From NCBI GenBank assembly GCA_026417175.1, contig JAOADT010000008.1, forward strand, positions 6,547-70,546: a stretch of DNA of 64,000 bases. Direction: 5' to 3'. The first letter of the stretch is position 1. Every line of letters starts with the position of its first letter. Shown in pieces: positions 61,837 through 64,000 of the stretch. The position numbers and the translations under genes were made by a program. This stretch comes from Deltaproteobacteria bacterium. GTDB lineage: Bacteria > Desulfobacterota > Syntrophorhabdia > Syntrophorhabdales > JANXAF01. The notes under the pieces are model-generated. The model did not search any database and had not been told where the DNA came from. It saw nothing but the letters and a program-made list of their open reading frames with translations.

Positions 61837-62792
61837 AACATTATCTCGACTTTGAGATGAAACTTAAACCTCTCGAAACCCGGCTTGAGGAAATAAAAAA
61901 ATTTTACGACACGAGTGACCCCCATTATGCAAAAGAGATCAAAAGTTTAGAAAAAAAAATAGCTAAACTCGAGAAAGAGATATACAGTGATTTATCTCCG
62001 TGGCAGAAAACCCAACTTTCCAGGCATTTGAACAGGCCTCGCACATTGGATTACGTAGATGCTCTTTTTAGTGACTATTTTGAATTACATGGAGATAGAA
62101 GGTTCAAGGATGATCCTGCCATAGTGGGAGGGTTTGGGAAATTCAATGGGAAAACTGTAGCATTTGTTGGGCACCAAAAAGGTAAAGACATTAAGGAGAT
62201 GGCCCAGAGAAACTTTGGCATGGCACACCCAGAAGGGTATAGAAAAGCTATGAGGATAATGGATCTGGCCTCAAGATGGATGAAGCCCATTATCACTTTT
62301 ATTGATACACCGGGTGCTTACCCCGGCGTGGGTGCGGAAGAAAGGGGGCAAGCTGAAGCTATCGCTGCTAGTATATATTTCATGTTCACGCTGAATGTTC
62401 CGATAGTAAGCCTGGTGATAGGCGAAGGTGGAAGTGGAGGGGCGCTGGCAATAGGAGTGGCGGATAGAATACTGATGCTCGAAAACTCAATATATTCTGT
62501 TATCTCTCCAGAGGGTTGTGCTGCTATATTGTGGCGTGATGGAACAAGGGCAAAACAGGCTGCAGAAGCTCTGAAGTTAACAGCCCATGACCTTTATGAA
62601 CTCAAAGTAATAGATGGTATTGTAAAGGAGCCATTTGGTGGGGCTCACAGAAATTGGAAGGAAACGTTTGAAAACACAGGAAAAGCAATCAAGACCCATC
62701 TTGAGGAGCTTTTGACAATTCCTCCTCACGAACTCAAAGAGAGAAGATACGAAAAATTCAAAAAAATGGGATTTTTTCTGGAGGGAAAATGA
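61833..62792 (+). CDS. accA: Acetyl-CoA carboxylase carboxyltransferase alpha subunit
   Basis: ELHGDR, FIDTPGAYPG, GEGGSGGAL and SVISPEGCA motifs; canonical dnaE-accA order. Confidence 0.97.
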   Translation: MKHYLDFEMKLKPLETRLEEIKKFYDTSDPHYAKEIKSLEKKIAKLEKEIYSDLSPWQKTQLSRHLNRPRTLDYVDALFSDYFELHGDRRFKDDPAIVGGFGKFNGKTVAFVGHQKGKDIKEMAQRNFGMAHPEGYRKAMRIMDLASRWMKPIITFIDTPGAYPGVGAEERGQAEAIAASIYFMFTLNVPIVSLVIGEGGSGGALAIGVADRILMLENSIYSVISPEGCAAILWRDGTRAKQAAEALKLTAHDLYELKVIDGIVKEPFGGAHRNWKETFENTGKAIKTHLEELLTIPPHELKERRYEKFKKMGFFLEGK

Positions 62793-64000
62793 TACGACTC
62801 GACTACACTCATTCCCTTAGGAAAAAAACTGTTGGAGGAATAAGTGAGGAAGAGTTAGAGAGTGTCATTGATACTCTGGAAAAGATGAACGCGCAGATTC
62901 AAGAAACCCCATATTCTTTCATGGAACTCCCTTTTATTCAGTTTCAGCTTAAAGAAATGAAGGAACTTGTAAGATTATTACAAAAAAGAACTATAAATGA
63001 TATGGTCCTTTTGGGCATAGGAGGCTCCTCCTTAGGTGCGGAAGCTCTTTTTAAGGCGCTTTTACCCCCAGTACACAATCTGATAAGAAAACCCAGGTAC
63101 TGGATACTGGATAATATTGATCCCCATACCATTAAGATGGTAATGGAGCACATAGATAAAAATAGAACCCTACTTGTGGTTATAAGTAAGTCAGGAGAAA
63201 CACCGGAAACCCTGAGTCAGTTTATGATTTTTCACGAGGCATTAAAAGACGAACCCGATTTAAGAGAGAGGATTGTCGTCATTACAGACGAAAATAAGGG
63301 TTTCTTGCGAAGAATAGCGGAAAGAGAAGGTTATTTTACCCTTTCTGTGCCTTCTGGAGTTGGGGGAAGGTTCTCTGTACTCAGCCCAGTTGGTATTTTC
63401 CCCGCACTGATTATGGGAATAAACGTGGATGAGATATTTGATGGAGCAAAAGAAATGGCTTCTCATATAAAGACAAAACACAGAAAGGAAAACATGGCCA
63501 TTCTAATCGCGGCTTTACTTTACCTCATGGATAAAAATGGTAAAAAGTTGCACGTGATCATGCCATATTGTGATAGACTTTCTGGATTCACAGAATGGTT
63601 TAGACAACTCGAAGCCGAAAGCTTGGGAAAAGAAGGTAAAGGTCCAACGCCTGTCTCTTCTAGAGGGGTTACCGATCAACATTCTCAGCTTCAACTTTAT
63701 ATAGACGGTCCAAAAGACAAATTCATTATGTTCATATTCGTTCCAGAAGATGGCCTTCGAATTCCGGAAGTGTTCTCTTACGTCCCGGAACTTTCCTACT
63801 TTTGGGGTAAAAAACTAGGTGATCTTTTTTATGCAGAACTTAGGGGAACACAGATCTCTCTCTGTGAAGCTTCTGTACCAAGTGCTGAGATGGTGATAGA
63901 AAAGATATCTCCTTACACAATGGGTGCTCTGTTTTATCTTTTCGAGGTGGCTATATCCTTTTTTGGGAGATTAATTGAAGTTAATCCTTTCGATCAGCCA
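62789..64000 (+). CDS. pgi: Glucose-6-phosphate isomerase (partial, runs off the window's right edge)
   Basis: Not in ORF track. From ATG 62789: MIRLDY...LGIGGSSLG...ISKSGETPET...VGGRFSVLS...QLEAESLGK...DQHSQLQLY...NPFDQP. Confidence 0.95.
   Translation, partial: MIRLDYTHSLRKKTVGGISEEELESVIDTLEKMNAQIQETPYSFMELPFIQFQLKEMKELVRLLQKRTINDMVLLGIGGSSLGAEALFKALLPPVHNLIRKPRYWILDNIDPHTIKMVMEHIDKNRTLLVVISKSGETPETLSQFMIFHEALKDEPDLRERIVVITDENKGFLRRIAEREGYFTLSVPSGVGGRFSVLSPVGIFPALIMGINVDEIFDGAKEMASHIKTKHRKENMAILIAALLYLMDKNGKKLHVIMPYCDRLSGFTEWFRQLEAESLGKEGKGPTPVSSRGVTDQHSQLQLYIDGPKDKFIMFIFVPEDGLRIPEVFSYVPELSYFWGKKLGDLFYAELRGTQISLCEASVPSAEMVIEKISPYTMGALFYLFEVAISFFGRLIEVNPFDQP

Overview
64 kb of compact, AT-rich (roughly high-30s % GC by eye) bacterial core chromosome with about 50 CDSs and two tRNAs (Pro-TGG, Lys-CTT, both lacking encoded CCA). 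Gene content (W/Mo aldehyde:ferredoxin oxidoreductase, class II RNR, Sec-containing SelD, SCP2-type thiolase plus DUF35, GT9, BepA-like protease, MCP) suggests an anaerobic diderm, plausibly Desulfobacterota/Syntrophorhabdia-like (inference only). I found no phage, integrase, transposase, CRISPR array or defence island, and no clearly novel multi-gene system. Best leads: (1) selD recoded at an in-frame UGA with a SECIS-like hairpin, missed by the ORF track; (2) a BepA/M48 gene whose signal-peptide frame has no start codon, while its likely ATG sits one base out of frame in ATG-GGG-TAA (indel or -1 slip); (3) repeated -10 boxes only 5-8 nt before start codons, suggesting frequent leaderless mRNAs; (4) paired DnaA boxes upstream of nrdJ; (5) a glcD-glcF-acyl-CoA ligase operon with a repeat operator; (6) a nifU-tRNA-Pro-glgP unit; (7) a DUF3303-like gene coupled to trkA-trkH behind a 16-bp palindrome; (8) an unexplained 785-bp gap. 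All family calls are by eye from motifs; no searches were run.
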